From NCBI GenBank assembly GCA_964016885.1, contig OZ024740.1, forward strand, positions 196,726,001 through 196,790,000: a stretch of 64,000 bases of DNA. Direction: 5' to 3'. The position numbers and the translations under genes were made by a program. Numbering within the stretch: the stretch's first letter is position 1; each line of letters opens with the position of its first letter. This document shows, one piece after another, positions 1 to 12,830 of the stretch. The notes beneath the pieces were generated by a model. The model did no database searches, was not told the origin of the DNA, and was given only the letters and a program-made list of their open reading frames with translations. The DNA comes from Eledone cirrhosa. Taxonomy: Eukaryota.

Positions 1-43
1 ATCCATCCACTTATCATTACAACCACACAAAAATTCCGTTACA
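1..43 (+). repeat. 3' end of the 5' LTR
   Basis: Ends in ...CCGTTACA and matches 5174-5216. Confidence 0.93.
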
Positions 44-45
44 AC

Positions 46-56
46 TGGTGACCCCG
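46..56 (+). promoter_or_regulatory. Primer-binding site, tRNA-Trp
   Basis: TGGTGACCCCG lies 2 nt after the LTR and equals the first 11 nt of the canonical tRNA-Trp PBS (TGGTGACCCCGACGTGAT). Confidence 0.85.
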
Positions 57-95
57 TAAAACAGACACACAACTTCTGATCATCCACTACAAACG

Positions 96-1020
96 ATGTC
101 TCTGGCACCCGACGATTCATCTACGGCAGAAATGGCACTCAGGGCATCATTTACATAAAGGATTCCACCATTCTGGGTGCACGATCCAACACTGTGGTTC
201 GCGCACATTGAAGCGCAGTTCGCATCGAACCGGATCGTTAGCGAGGCATCCCGTCTCACACATGTCATCGGTTTGATGTCTCCGGAGATTGTGAATGAGG
301 TTCGAGACCTCATTTTAGCACCACCCGGCTCTGCGTCATATGATACATTTAAAAGAACATTAGTTAAGCGGACGTCGGAGTCACAGCAGAAGCGTTTACA
401 CCAGCTCCTCATATCGGAGGAATTGGGAGATAAAAAGCCAACGCAACTCCTACGGCGAATGAAGCAGCTTCTGGGCGAACATAAACTCCCGGATGAAATT
501 TTCAAGCAACTCTTCCTCCAGCGTTTGCCTTCTGCCACACAAGTTGTACTAACATCCACCAGGGAGTCCACCACCATAGAAGAACTCGCCGAGCTGGCAG
601 ATAAGATCATGGAGGTACCACATCTGCACTCAACTTTAGCGAATGTGACACCAGACGTGCCGCCCACCAATCCTTTCCTTCAGCCCTCCAGCGCCACAGA
701 GATGCCCGATCTACACCAGTTACTGGCACAGCAAGCAACACAGATACAGGCCTTGACACAACAAATTCAGGCCTTGTCACTGGATAACCCTGCCGCGTCG
801 GTCCAACAGTCGAACTCGCCGATTTGGTGGTCGCTCAAGAAGTCCGAGCGCATCTCGGGATTCACCAGATATGTGTTGGTACCACCAAAAATTCGGGAGA
901 CGAGCGCAAAAGTGCAGTCATCCCTGTTCATTTGTCGAATCAGGGAAACGACACAGCCAGAAACTAAATGCGACGGACGTTTCTGGCCCTCATAACCAAA
1001 GTCGCCTATTTTTCATTCAG
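96..1020 (+). pseudogene. gag: gag (disrupted)
   Basis: ATG at 96, in-frame TAA at 156-158, then IPPFW..PTLWFAHIEAQF. A frameshift near 790 leads into an RS-rich stretch and the CWYHQKFG..AQKCSHPC (CHCC) knuckle. Confidence 0.88.
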
Positions 1021-1021
1021 G

Positions 1022-1116
1022 ATCGCGTCACAGGCGATGAATCGCGTCACAGGCGATGAATCGCGTCACAGGCGGTGAATCGCGTCACAGGCGGTGAATC
1101 GCGTCACAGGCGGTGA
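1022..1116 (+). repeat. 19-bp tandem repeat x5 inside the protease region
   Basis: ATCGCGTCACAGGCG(A/G)TGA: two A-type units followed by three G-type units. Confidence 0.97.
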
Positions 1117-4091
1117 ATCACTCACATATTCCGACCTACGGAGAACAGTCCCTGACACTAAATTTGGGACTACGCTGCACTTTCCAGTGGGTATTCGTTG
1201 TGGCTAAGCTGCCGACCTCTATTTTAGGAGCTGACTTTCTTCAGCACTTCTTGCTGATAGTGGACCTGAAAAACCAACGACTCATTGATAACTCCACTGG
1301 TCTCGCTGTGCGCGGCATAGCCGCTAGGACAGCCACAGTCAGTCCAGTCATTTCACGATCGACAACAACAACCTGGCACAACCACATCATCAACAAATAC
1401 CCAGACGTAGCTCGACCACTATTCAACGCTTGCCCTGTAAAACATGACGTCACACACCACATAAAAACACACGGCCCACCTGTCGCTGCACGATCTAGAA
1501 GGTTACCACCAGACCGGCTGAAGTCCGTCAAACAAGAATTTCAGCACATGCTGGATCTCGGCATCATACGTCCGTCCAGCAGCAACTGGTCCTCACCCAT
1601 ACACTGTGTACCCAAGAAGTCGTCGAACGACTGGCAAATCTGTGGCAACTACCGTGCACTGAACAACTGCACCGTTCCTGACTCTTATCCAGTGCCTCAT
1701 CTACAGGACTTCTCTAGCTCGCTGCACGGGGCTCGTATATTTTCAAAGATCGATCTTGTGCGAGCTTACAATCAGATACCCGTTGAGCCCGCAGATATTC
1801 CTAAGACCGCCATCACAACACCCTTTCGAATGTTCGAATTTCTGCGTATGCCTTTCGGTTTGCGAAATGCAGCGCAGACATTCCAACGGTTCATTGATAC
1901 AGTCACCAGAGGTCTACCTTTTGTATACGCATACATTGACGACTTACTGGTGGCCAGCAGCTCCGATGAAGAACATGAGAAACACCTGGATCTCCTATTC
2001 ACACGTTTGCGTGAATACGGAATTGTTATCAACCCCAGCAAATGTAAGTTCAGAGTTGCGTCCCTTCATTTTCTGGGACACATCATTGACAAAGATGGTA
2101 TTCGCCCACTTAAGGAGAAAGTCAAATCCATCATTGACTTTCCACAACCTACATCTCTCCGCAAACTGTGAGAATTTCTTGGCCTGGTAAACTTCTACAG
2201 AAGATTTATACCCCACTGTGCAGAGACAGCCCAACCACTCACAGATTTGCTGCGGCAGCGTACAACCAAAAACGCAAACATCAATCTCAGCGAAAAAGAA
2301 TGTACCGCTTTCGCTGAGTTGAAGAAAATGACCGAGGCTACAATGCTGAGTTACCCCAAACCTGATGCCCCAATGTGTTTATTGACTGATGCATCCGATT
2401 TCGGAGTTGGAGGTGTGCTTCAACAACTCTCGGGCGATATTTGGCAACCTGTATCTTTTTTCTCTAAGCGATTAAAACCCGCCGAAACTAAGTACAGCAC
2501 ATTCAGTCGTGAATTATTAGCAGCATACCTTGCTGTCAAGCATTTTCGACACATGCTAGAAGGTTGTGTGTTCTCTATATACACCAACCACAAACCACTA
2601 GTGTACGCGTTCAACGCCAAGCCTGACCGACACTCACCCAGGGAGGTCCGACATCTGGACTTCATTTCTCAGTACACTACTGATATTCGGTACATTAAGG
2701 GTGCCACCAACTCAGCAGCTGATGCCCTATCGCGCATGAAGCTTAACGCAATCCACACCACTGCCACTATCAACCTCCAGAAGATTGTTGCGGATCAACA
2801 GAATGATGAGGAACTGCTGCAACTCCGGAGATTGAAGGAATGCCAGCTGCCCTCTTCTTCGGGTTATATTTGGTGCGATATCTCCACAGGCCACGAGCGC
2901 CCATACGTGCCCCGGAAACATCGACGCGACGTTTTCTCGGCACTGCATTCTCTGGCACACCCTGGCGTCCGCGCCATGCAGAAACTGATGGTTGCCCGCT
3001 TTGTGTGGCCCAACATCAACAAGGACACCCGCGAACGGGCTAGGAACTGTATCGCGTGCCAGAAGGCGAAAATTCACCGGCACATCAAAGCCCCGATCGG
3101 TTCTTTCGCAACACCTGATACTCGGTTCCAACATGTGCATATAGACATCGTTGGACCTTTGCCTCCTTCTCACAACTACACTCATCTTCTCACATGTGTC
3201 GACCGATTTTCTCGCTGGCCAGAAGCTTTTTCCCTGACGGATATTACTGCGGAAACTGTCGCCAAAACGCTAGTGTTTCACTGGGTTTCGCGTTTCGGCA
3301 CACCCGCGACCATCACTACGGATAGAGGACGTCATTTCGATTCGCACCTATTTACCGAGCTGACTCGTCTCCTCGGGTGCAAACACATCCGTACAACAGC
3401 GTATCACCCTGTCGCTAACGGCATGGTAGAACGCTTCCACCGCCAGCTAAAAGCATCTATCAAGGCTTACAAAAACTCCACTAACTGGTTCAAATACCTC
3501 CCACTCATTCTTCTCAGTATTCGTTCCACTGTTAAGGAGGGAGTCGGACATTTTCCGGCTGAAATGGTGTATGGCACCGTACTCACTCTACCCGGACAAA
3601 TGATCGCTCCAGTTTCGCCACAAGAACTTCCAGACTCAACAAAACATGTGCATCGTTTACGGTTATCGATATCGAATCTGTCTCCTTCAGCCCCTAAACA
3701 ACAGTACGTTACTTTACACATACCAAAAGACATCGATACATGGACGCATGTTTTCGTTAGAAATGACGGTATTCCATCGCAACTTCGTCCGACGTATTCC
3801 GGGCCCTATAAGGTGATACAGAAATGCCCTAAGTATTTCATCCTCGACTTGAACGGGAAACGAAATACCGTCTCCATTGATCGTTTAAAAAAAGCGTTCA
3901 TAGAACAGGATTTGCCACCAGTACCCACCGTCTCTCCAGCAGACTCACCAACAACTTTGCCCGTCACAAACATGACAAATTCTGCACAACCCCGACACAC
4001 CAAATCTGGAAGAACAGTCCGATGGCCCACGCGATACGTACAAGTTTATCGGGTAAGTACAAATTATGCATCAGGCCGACATTTCGGCTAA
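1113..4091 (+). pseudogene. pol: pol (protease C-terminal half, RT, RNase H, integrase) with one nonsense codon
   Basis: ORFs 1113-2171 and 2247-4091 are in the same frame, separated by TGA at 2169-2171 ([16 protein letters not shown]). Motifs: RT YIDD, RNase [15 protein letters not shown], integrase HIDIVGP/TDRG/NGMVER, GPY. Confidence 0.95.
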
Positions 4092-4454
4092 TTTGTACAT
4101 TTCAACGAATCGGCCAATTTCTGTGGTCATGAACTATTGCTACACACAAATCAATTAACTCTGTGCATCATACACATCAAAAGAAGAGACAAAAGAACAT
4201 TTTTCCATTTCTATGAAATGAACAAACTTTTAATCAACAAACTTTTCGTACAAACATTTTCAATTTTATGTAACATCACAGTACATTTTCCTGCATGTAA
4301 ATTTCTTTTGCTTTGCATGTTTTCTTTCATTTCTCCTGTTTGTAAATGACTTTCATGTGTTTTTTTTTTTTACTGATTTTCTTCAACAACACACCTAGTC
4401 ATACCTATCTTCATTTCACATGCACCTAGATCGTTCAATCTTAGCTTTCTCACT

Positions 4455-4469
4455 GGAAGGGGGGGGGGG
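4455..4469 (+). promoter_or_regulatory. Polypurine tract
   Basis: GGAA followed by a G run, ending 3 nt before the 3' LTR. Confidence 0.88.
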
Positions 4470-4472
4470 TAC

Positions 4473-5216
4473 TATAACGGCGGCGAAGATTCGAAATCGA
4501 ATCTGAGCTTTCCCCCAAAGGGCACAAGCCGTGGTAAGTTGTTTACGCTCAAGAGACTAACTCCTTGGGAGAGGCTAAACACAGGTCAGGGTGTTTACGC
4601 CTGACAGAAAATAGGTCAGAGGATATATCCATCTTTCTGACTTGTTTACGCTTGGCAAACTAATCTCTTGGGAGACTCTAGCCAAAGTTCAGAGGATATA
4701 TCTATCCTTCTAACTTCAACTCTTATAAATACAGGGCTTGTTTACGCCCCGACAGAAAAGAAGTGATATACAGACAAGACAAGTCGCATTTACAAGCTCT
4801 CGTCACGAAAAACCAGTCTGTCACTTATTCTCACCTTCCTGGCTGATCGCTGACTCCTACTACTAAAACAAGCAAATATACTGATACGCACACACGCATT
4901 CATAGTGAAGTTACACTGTTTGTATTTTCACACGCACCATTTCTGTTTATACATATTGTATCTTTTGGATACAGTACAAATTATATTATAATCGTATTCT
5001 GTGATACTTGAATTTACGTGGCTCGAAGAACCACCAACTTATTGTATGAATATTTTGTGTTATTGATTTTATCATTCAATATTCAAATTGAATATTGTTA
5101 TAATAAAATAAACTTTGTAACAACACAATCCTGGTATTTTTCTTTACATCGAAACCGCCATACCAACAGTTACATCCATCCACTTATCGTTACACCCACA
5201 CAAAAATTCCGTTACA
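4473..5216 (+). repeat. 3' LTR (744 bp)
   Basis: Starts TATAACGG (TGTAACGG with one change) and ends CCGTTACA, an inverted terminus. TATAAATA near 4725 and AATAAA near 5102; internal GTTTACGC / GAGGATATAT repeats. Confidence 0.93.
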
Positions 5217-5220
5217 TATA

Positions 5221-5975
5221 TATATACTAATTTAAGGTATCTCAACATATATAATATGTATGATGCTTATGTTTCTCAGTAGAAAAGCTCAATGGACATT
5301 TTCCCAGAGCATTAATAATTTAAATTAAGATATATGTATTTGAGAGAAAAAGCCATATATTGAGAAACACATAGTAGTTTGTATATATATACAGCACGTA
5401 ATATTTAGGAAAAAATATGTACTTCGAGGTGGAAAAGTTCTTCTTTCCTTATTTCATGATTTGTAAACCATAACAAAAATCAATCTATCACCAACTATCG
5501 ATTTTGGTAAAGCTATAGGAGAGGCCAATCTATCATTAGAGGAATTAGAGTCTTAGGTTAAGTTCCAATAAAGTATAGGGTAAAAAATATTTTTATATTT
5601 GTCGGGATCCAAGAGTTAGGCCAAAACCATAGACAGCATGGTGTGAGAACTTTTTAACCGTGGCGGCTGATATAAACAGGACTGGACGTCAAATCTGCTA
5701 GAAAGATGGACAAAGTACGAGTCACAGTGTGAGCAGCTCAACAAATTAAGAATTTGGAGCAGTTATATACTAATTTAAAGTATCACAACATATATAATAG
5801 GTATGATGCTTATGATTCTCAGTAGAAAAGCTCAATGTACAATATATCAAATTAAAAGATATATGTGTATATAGAGAGAAAGAGCCATATATTGTTTGAG
5901 AAACACATAGTATTTTGTGCATATATAAAGCACATTTAGGAAAAAACATACGTACTTCAAGGTGGAAAAGTTCTT
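5221..5975. repeat. Diverged direct duplication (~220 bp; 5221-5445 and 5764-5975)
   Basis: Both copies run TATATACTAATTTAA(G/A)GTATC...GTACTTC(G/A)AGGTGGAAAAGTTC. Confidence 0.85.
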
Positions 5976-8900
5976 TTTGTGTGTGCATGCCTGTGTGTAT
6001 GTATCTATGTAGCTTTATAAATCATGTGAAAGCATTAGACATAACTATTCTGTCAAACATGCTGCCAGCGTGACAGGTGTGATGTTTATCCCAATTCAGT
6101 GTATTACTGTCAATTTCAAAACTCAATGGCCTTCTGTACATTGAAATTTAGTGGTTCACCAAATATTTTCCAGTAAACACCCTGCTCTCTTGTTCAAATA
6201 ATTATTCCTTCAATAAAAATTTTAGTTCAGTTTTGAGAGTAATGGCATGAGCTGTGTGAAGGTATACATCTAGTTCCATCTTAATGTTTTTAAATAATCT
6301 TCATATTTTGTGTATCATGAAAATTTTACTCTTATTTTTGCACATAGTCAGTTATTTAATTTATTTTATATCACATTTTGTGAGCAATAATATTGTTTGT
6401 TATGGGTTTTCAACCGACTAAACACTGGTTCCCTACACAATAATTTCATTATTATTATTTTAAAACAAAACTCTCAAGAGACTTAGTTTATCTATTTTCT
6501 CATACATACTTACATCTTTCACCTAAAGATATATATATAATTGCTTCTACTTTTGGCACAAGGCCAGCAATTGTCCCAGTGCATTACATATATAATATTA
6601 TATATTATATATATCAGATATATATATAATATACAAAAGAGAGGTTTCTGTGCAGTTTCTACCCATTAACTTCTACTCATGAGGCAATGGTCAACTCAAG
6701 GCTATAGTAGAAGTTACTTACCCAGATGCCACACTGGGAGGTTGAACCCTGTACCACATAGTTATGAAGGTAACTTCTCACTTCATAAAATTGACCACAC
6801 CAGCTATCTATACTTCTCCAAATTATTTTATCAACTGATCTTATTGCAATTATCTTCCTTATTTCTTTTTGGATTCTAAACATTGCGAGGGGGAGTTTTT
6901 GCCTCCTGATTGTTTAGATAATTTCAGTTCTTCGGAATATTTGTATAATATATGTATATATGGGAAGGCAGGTCTCTGCAGTACAGCATAATGCCAGATT
7001 CTGAATCTGTATCATCTCCTTTGAGAGGTTTAATTGTACAAGGTCAGTTTTTATCACTTCAAGCCTCCTCCTCCTCCTTCTTCTTCTCCTTCTCCTTCTT
7101 CTCAATGAATGATTGGGAATTTGACACTAGAACTGATAGAAAGACATCAGCCTGCTTGAGGCGGGTGCCCTGTGAGGTGGGGTGGTTGTTGCATTAGGTG
7201 TCTTTGACCATTTTCTGCAGTAATGCCTTTGCCATTTTGTCCAAGGGGCATCGCTGAGGCACTGCTCAGACTGGAGTCTATTCCTTCCCTTTCATTGTTT
7301 GATTCTTTTTTTTTTTGTGTGTTTTGTTTTTATTAGATACTGCTCAATAATTTTCATATAATGTCGATGGTTTTTCACGATATTGTGAGATTTTAAATAT
7401 TGAATATGTTTGTCTTTATATTTAGTTGTTAAATTGATATACAACTGCTTATCAAATGAAATAATGTTGAACATTTCAATCTCAACTTTGAACATCCTGT
7501 TTATTAGTAACAATAATGATGTTGATAATGTGAGTAATTATAACAATGGTTTATAATAGTTCAAGACCTTTTGTGTGAAGGAGGTAACAATAGTGACTAA
7601 TATAATTATATTACTGAGAAAAGCTATCATGTTATGATCTATTAAGTGGACGTCAGGAATACTTTCTCCACAAAGTCATCCTGCTTTACCCAATCCATGC
7701 TAGAAACATACACTCAAGCTACTACATTCAACTATTCCACTTTTGCCTCCTTTTCTGAATCAGCAGAATGTCAGACATGCTTTGTGGCATATAATTATGG
7801 CCCTTTATGTTCTGAGTTCAAATCTTGCCATTGCCTTTCATCCTTACAGGGTCAATAAAATAAAGCACCAGTAATGCACTAGGGTCGATTTAATTGACTT
7901 ATCCTCCCCACAAAACTGTGCCTAAATCAGAAACTATTATTTTCCCAACTGTCATATTAATCATTTCCCCAAACAAACTTAAACCAAGAAGTACTCTCGT
8001 GGACAGAGTTACCAAATTAGGCTACAAATAACAGATTATGTTACTTTTCAGGGTTGTATCTAACATGGGTTAGATGAGTTGCCTCATTGTGAGACAAGCC
8101 AAATCAGATGACTGTCTTACTCATACAGAAATGATTTCGGCTTTGTTTCTATGACAGTAGGCTCTTCTTAACACCAACCCCATTTACAGTGTGTATAGGG
8201 TATTTTTTATTGAGGCCCCAAGATGACCAATTTACAGTGTTGACTGGGGCTAGGGTGAGGGAAGTGTGTGGGGATTGGCGAGGGTGAGGGGCTTATCTGG
8301 TGAAGCGTAGGGTGTTAGGATATTGGGACGTGAGTAGGTATTAGGAGGTAAGTGGAGTGTTATGACAGGTGTATAGAAGGGGGTATGGAGGGAGAGGTAA
8401 GGGAAGGTTGTGCATACTAGATGTACCATGTGTTTTTAACCCCCAAAAGTACCTCAGAGTGGAACTGAGCATGGTATTTTTGTGGAAGACCAGCAGTCAC
8501 CCATGCATAGCAATCTCCTCTGTCCATGCCAATGGTGTCCAAAGGAAAGGCAAAGGCCAATACAGCTTGGCACCAGTGATGTCACAACTAATTTCTCCAG
8601 CCGAGTGAACTGGAGCAATGTGAAATAAAGTGTCTTGCTCAAGAACAAAATGCATTAATGCATCATTTGGTCTGTGAATTGAACACACAACCTCATGGCC
8701 AACACTCTAACAGCTCTCTAACCTCACAACCAACTCTCTAACAGCTAAGCCACTCACCTTCACCTTTATATACATCAAGTATCACATCGAAGCTGAAGCA
8801 GCAATAGAGAAAACACCAGTCTAATTATTTGAGGCCGTCCTCAAGCACTCGATAATGTGAGGAATGAATGAATTTTTCCATCAGAGTGAACACATAAAGT

Positions 8901-9119
8901 TTTATGATGGAAACACAATGAAAAATATATAGACCAGGTGTATGTAGCTTATATATATTACTTTCATTATCATATTTCTAATGACAGACAATGCCTTGAT
9001 TTTCAAATCATTTTGAAAACAATTAAGAATTTGGACAGATTTACTAATTAATTAACTTTCTCATTATCAAGCCAACGTTGGGAGCATAACTTAATAAAGG
9101 TTCTTACATAGAATTTTCA

Positions 9120-9306
9120 TTGTTTCTACTTTTGACACAAGGCCAGCAATTACCCAGTACATTACTGGTACTTTATTTTATCGACCCCGTAAGGATGAAA
9201 GGCAAAGTTAGCCTCGGCGGGATTTGAACTCAGACCGTAAAGAGACGTAACTATGCCGGAAAGCATGGCGTCCGACTCTCTACCGATACTGCCAATTCAC
9301 CGCCGC
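9120..9306 (-). mobile_element. tRNA-derived SINE, well-preserved copy of the most abundant family
   Basis: Pol III A box (TGGCAGTATCGG) and B box (GAGTTCAAATCC), central GCCTTTCATCCTTACGGGGTCGATAAAATAAAGTACCAG, tail AAAGTAGAAACAAT. Related copies near 7760, 11420, 31400, 35070, 35930, 36150, 37735, 45918, 46046, 53070 and 63040. Confidence 0.88.
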
Positions 9307-10091
9307 TCACATAGAATTATAATGAAATGTTTATTGATAAATATAAACACCTTAAAATAAACTGCCTTGTATCATAGAATCAGGGGCAGTTTCATGTGGT
9401 TTGGTATCAAGAAGGATATATATATAACATCCAGCCCACATTGTAAAGTGGTTGTGTAGGGGTCACGACAAAAAGCACCCAGGCCAGACTGTAAAATGGT
9501 CATATAGGAGACACAACAAAAAGCACCCAGCACACACTGTAAATATGGTTGGTGTTAGAAAGGGCATCCAGCCATTGAAAACTAGCCAGAAACAGTTCTA
9601 TATAGCGAGACATGGTCACCCGACGCAACTTGCCTCAAATAGGGCAAAGCCATCTAACCCATGCTAGCACGGAAAGTAGACATTAAACGATGATAATATA
9701 TATATATACACACACACATACATATGTATATGTGTGTATATACTAATTTACTAGCAAAATTTTCATTTTGGTCTGCATTCTAACACAATCCACCGTTTTT
9801 TTAAATTTGTACTATTTTTTCTATGAAATTGACCTGGCATTCCTCTTCCTTCTGTAGGCTTTTTGGATCAAAAGTTTATTTCTGCACAGCAAATTGAATG
9901 GTAGATTTTATTCATGGATGAATTTAATACCACCACCTAATCTTTTGAGGCTTTTAGCTAAGTTCAATTTGTTACAAGCATTCAGATTAGGTCTCCTATT
10001 TAAGGTTTCTTTCTCTCTTCTACCAGTCTCAGAGGCTCTGCAAAGAATCATTGGTGCGTGCAACTTTTCCTCTGATGACTAAAAAACATTA

Positions 10092-10603
10092 CTGTATATA
10101 ATTGTATATAATTGTATATAAGCTGAGAAATATGTAACAAAATATTTGATGGAAAAATGGAGTGAAAGGGGTCAGCTTATATTTAAGGTCAATATTTTGT
10201 GCTTATTTTCACCAACTTCAAATTCTATGTAAATGAGGTGTTAAAATATTTTCACTTTGGAGGGGAATATTACACTGGTTTCATTTTGGACTTGAAATTT
10301 CTATTGTTTTTGGTGTGTTTTGAATGAATATGGCCTTCAAAACAGTCAGAAATTGGTTAAAAATCCTTATGTAATGGAGTTGTGAAACAAAAACTATACT
10401 CTGAATGACACCTAAAACAATTTGAATATCTAAATATTAAAACTTCATAAATATATTTTCCTCTCATGAGAATTTCAAAACTATGCCATCTAAACATGCA
10501 TTGATTAGCTGCCTCAGCTTATAAACAGGGTTTGGGTTTTTGCCCATTCCTCAGCTAAGTGGTCGGTGTATATTCAGATTGGCTTATATTTGAGTATATA
10601 CAG
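10092..10603. mobile_element. Non-autonomous Tc1/mariner-pogo-type element
   Basis: TA|CTGTATATA...TATAAGC and GCTTATATTTGAGTATATACAG|TA inverted termini. Confidence 0.6.
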
Positions 10604-11985
10604 TAAATAAATAAAACCCATAATCTTAGGAAAATAGTGATGATCTGACTGCATCAATAAAAATCATTTATTGTTATTTATAAATTTGGATAAGTTTGTA
10701 CCATCATCATCATTTCCGTTTAACGTCAATTTTTCCATGCTTGCATGGGTTAGACAGGTTGTCCACACTGGGAGGCAAGTCTGGCCAGGGTTGACTATGT
10801 GTTACACCTTGCTCTGGCAAGGACTGTAAATTTGGCTAGGTATTTTACAGCTGGATGCCCTTCCTAATACCAACCATGTTTACAGTGTAGAGAATTAGTG
10901 ATATCTTTAGCAAAGCTCTTTGTTGGAGAGGGACTATTTTATAATGTATATGGTAGCATTGAGAACTTCTTGCTTTGTTTTTTTTTAAACAGCAGTGGTG
11001 ATATCACTGATGTATTAATGTAGAAAATAGTTAAATTAGTCTTGAAATCAGCTGAAAGATTTTTTTTTCAATGAATTACAGAATTAAGACTTCAAAACAT
11101 CCATATGTTCCGTGTTTTAGAACCATAAATGTATCTCTATAAAACTATTGTTCAGTGATCTCATCTTCGCCTCTTTCAATCTGATAGGCTGATATCTGTG
11201 CTGTTCCTCCTCTCCATCTCTGTAATATTGGCACCAGTATTGCTGCAAGAGTTGCTAGAATGATGCATGGAAAACCCAGCTCAAGATTTCGTCTAGTAAT
11301 CAGAGCCATGATAAGGTAGGACCTTAATCTGAGATTTAAGCACCGAAGCAACATCTCCAGAATTTGAACTCTCCACAGAAAGTCAACAAATGTTATAGTG
11401 TTGATGCTGTTGGTTTAAAAGAGAGTGAATTAGCTGAGTCATTAGTGTATCAGATAGAATGCTTTGTGGTATTGGTTCCAGCTCTGAGTTCAAATACTAC
11501 AGTGTTCATCTTTGCTTTTCATAATTCTCTGGTTGATAAAGTACCAGTCAAATACTGTTGTCGATTGTTCTCTGTCTTTCCTTCTTTGTCTGTCTTTCCT
11601 GAAATCAGCTATGTTGAGAAGAATTGTGGGAGACAACTTGCAACATCCATTTCTTCAAATATGGAGAAGAGTTGAGTGTTGAGTTAGCAACTACTTCTCA
11701 TAGAAAAAACTAATATGTTACTAGAGTTGTCTATGGGATGGTTCAATGGGCAGAACAGCATTGAATGGAAAATTAAGAAGATGCTGCTGCTTATAGCCGA
11801 AGGTTGTTCCTATCATGTGATACCTATTTCAACTTGGTCAAATGGTCCAAGTTGTTGGTTAGGTGTCTTGTCTATGGATTGACACAGTACAAATGATAAT
11901 GTATCAATTGCCAACTGATTATCCATTGTTCATAGTGTGACTGTTTGAAAATTGAATAATTATTGTTGTTTATGATTGAGCAGAC

Positions 11986-11989
<4 letters not shown>

Positions 11990-12018
<29 letters not shown>

Positions 12019-12447
12019 AATTATTGTGTACAGTGCTCAGGTGCACTACAACTCATCAAAGGTGCATGTATAGTACATAGAATAATATACAAATGTCAGG
12101 GAAGTGAATAGTGTATAAGCCATGAAATACATGTGTGCGTGTATATGAAGGGGGAGTATTAAGTGTAGTGTTGGCGAATCTCAGGAAGCATGGAGGTTTT
12201 AAAGGATGCAGTGCCTCGGCAGCTAACAACTGATGCAGGCAGTTTGTTCCATGCTTCAGCAACTCGGAGCGTGAAAAAATGTTTCCAAAAGTCATGGGAG
12301 CTGTGCTGTTTTCTGACTTTGTAGGCATGCCCACGCGTGTTAGACACAGGGAATTCAAAAAGGTACTCAGGGTTATTGTTGGCAAGATGGTTAATAATTT
12401 TGTGGGTGTTTACCAAGTCAGTTGCCAGACGTTGGAACTTCAATGTA
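11990..12447 (-). mobile_element. CR1/L2-group LINE 3' fragment with (TTA)n tail
   Basis: DLVNTHKIIN...TRGHAYKVRK...FFTLRVAEAWNKLP, a typical CR1-group ORF2 C-terminus, followed by a 3' UTR and microsatellite tail. Confidence 0.88.
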
Positions 12448-12795
12448 TCCTTTAGTATGAAAATCCTTCAAAAATCCTATAGTATGAAAATATAACAGTA
12501 AATATAGAGCATGTAAATGGTAAAGGGTTAAAGATGGTTGGATTTGAAGGAGATTTGGCTGCTATTTCAAGCAGGTAAAATAACCATGTAAAGTGTCCTT
12601 CATTGGTACAGAATGACTATTGCAATGATCACGAGTGAGGAAGAATACTTATGTACATAGTATCGTTAGTATATCTGGAACACCACTGTTATCTTTTGTT
12701 TGAAGTGATTTAACAGATTTTATAATTCATAGGTATGATATGAAATAAATTGCTTGAAAATAAACAGAAAGAGATAAGCTGACATTTGTTAACTT

Positions 12796-12796
<1 letters not shown>

Positions 12797-12830
<34 letters not shown>

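Larger units (their letters stand above)
1..5216 (+). mobile_element. Ty3/Gypsy LTR retrotransposon, CsRn1/Kabuki/Boudicca-like clade, mildly decayed; 5' LTR cut by the window edge
   Basis: LTR end (1-43) recurs at 5174-5216 with 2 mismatches in 43 nt. PBS, gag with CHCC knuckle, RT-RNaseH-INT order and a PPT are all present. CHCC Gag plus a tRNA-Trp PBS are established CsRn1-clade traits. Followed by (TA)n. Confidence 0.96.

Noticed and set aside
943-949. GGGAAAC slippery heptamer at the gag/pol boundary
   Set aside because: In this copy the CHCC frame already runs through GKR into pol, so a programmed -1 shift cannot be supported without sister copies.
1022-1116. Possible CRISPR-like array
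   Set aside because: Units are head-to-tail with no spacers, in a eukaryotic retrotransposon.
80-4030. Antisense and alternate-frame ORFs over the Gypsy element
   Set aside because: Shadows of gag-pol codon structure with no recognisable motifs.
11145-11354. GC-richer stretch with a 69-aa minus-strand ORF
   Set aside because: No recognisable domain or splice context; cannot be assigned by eye.
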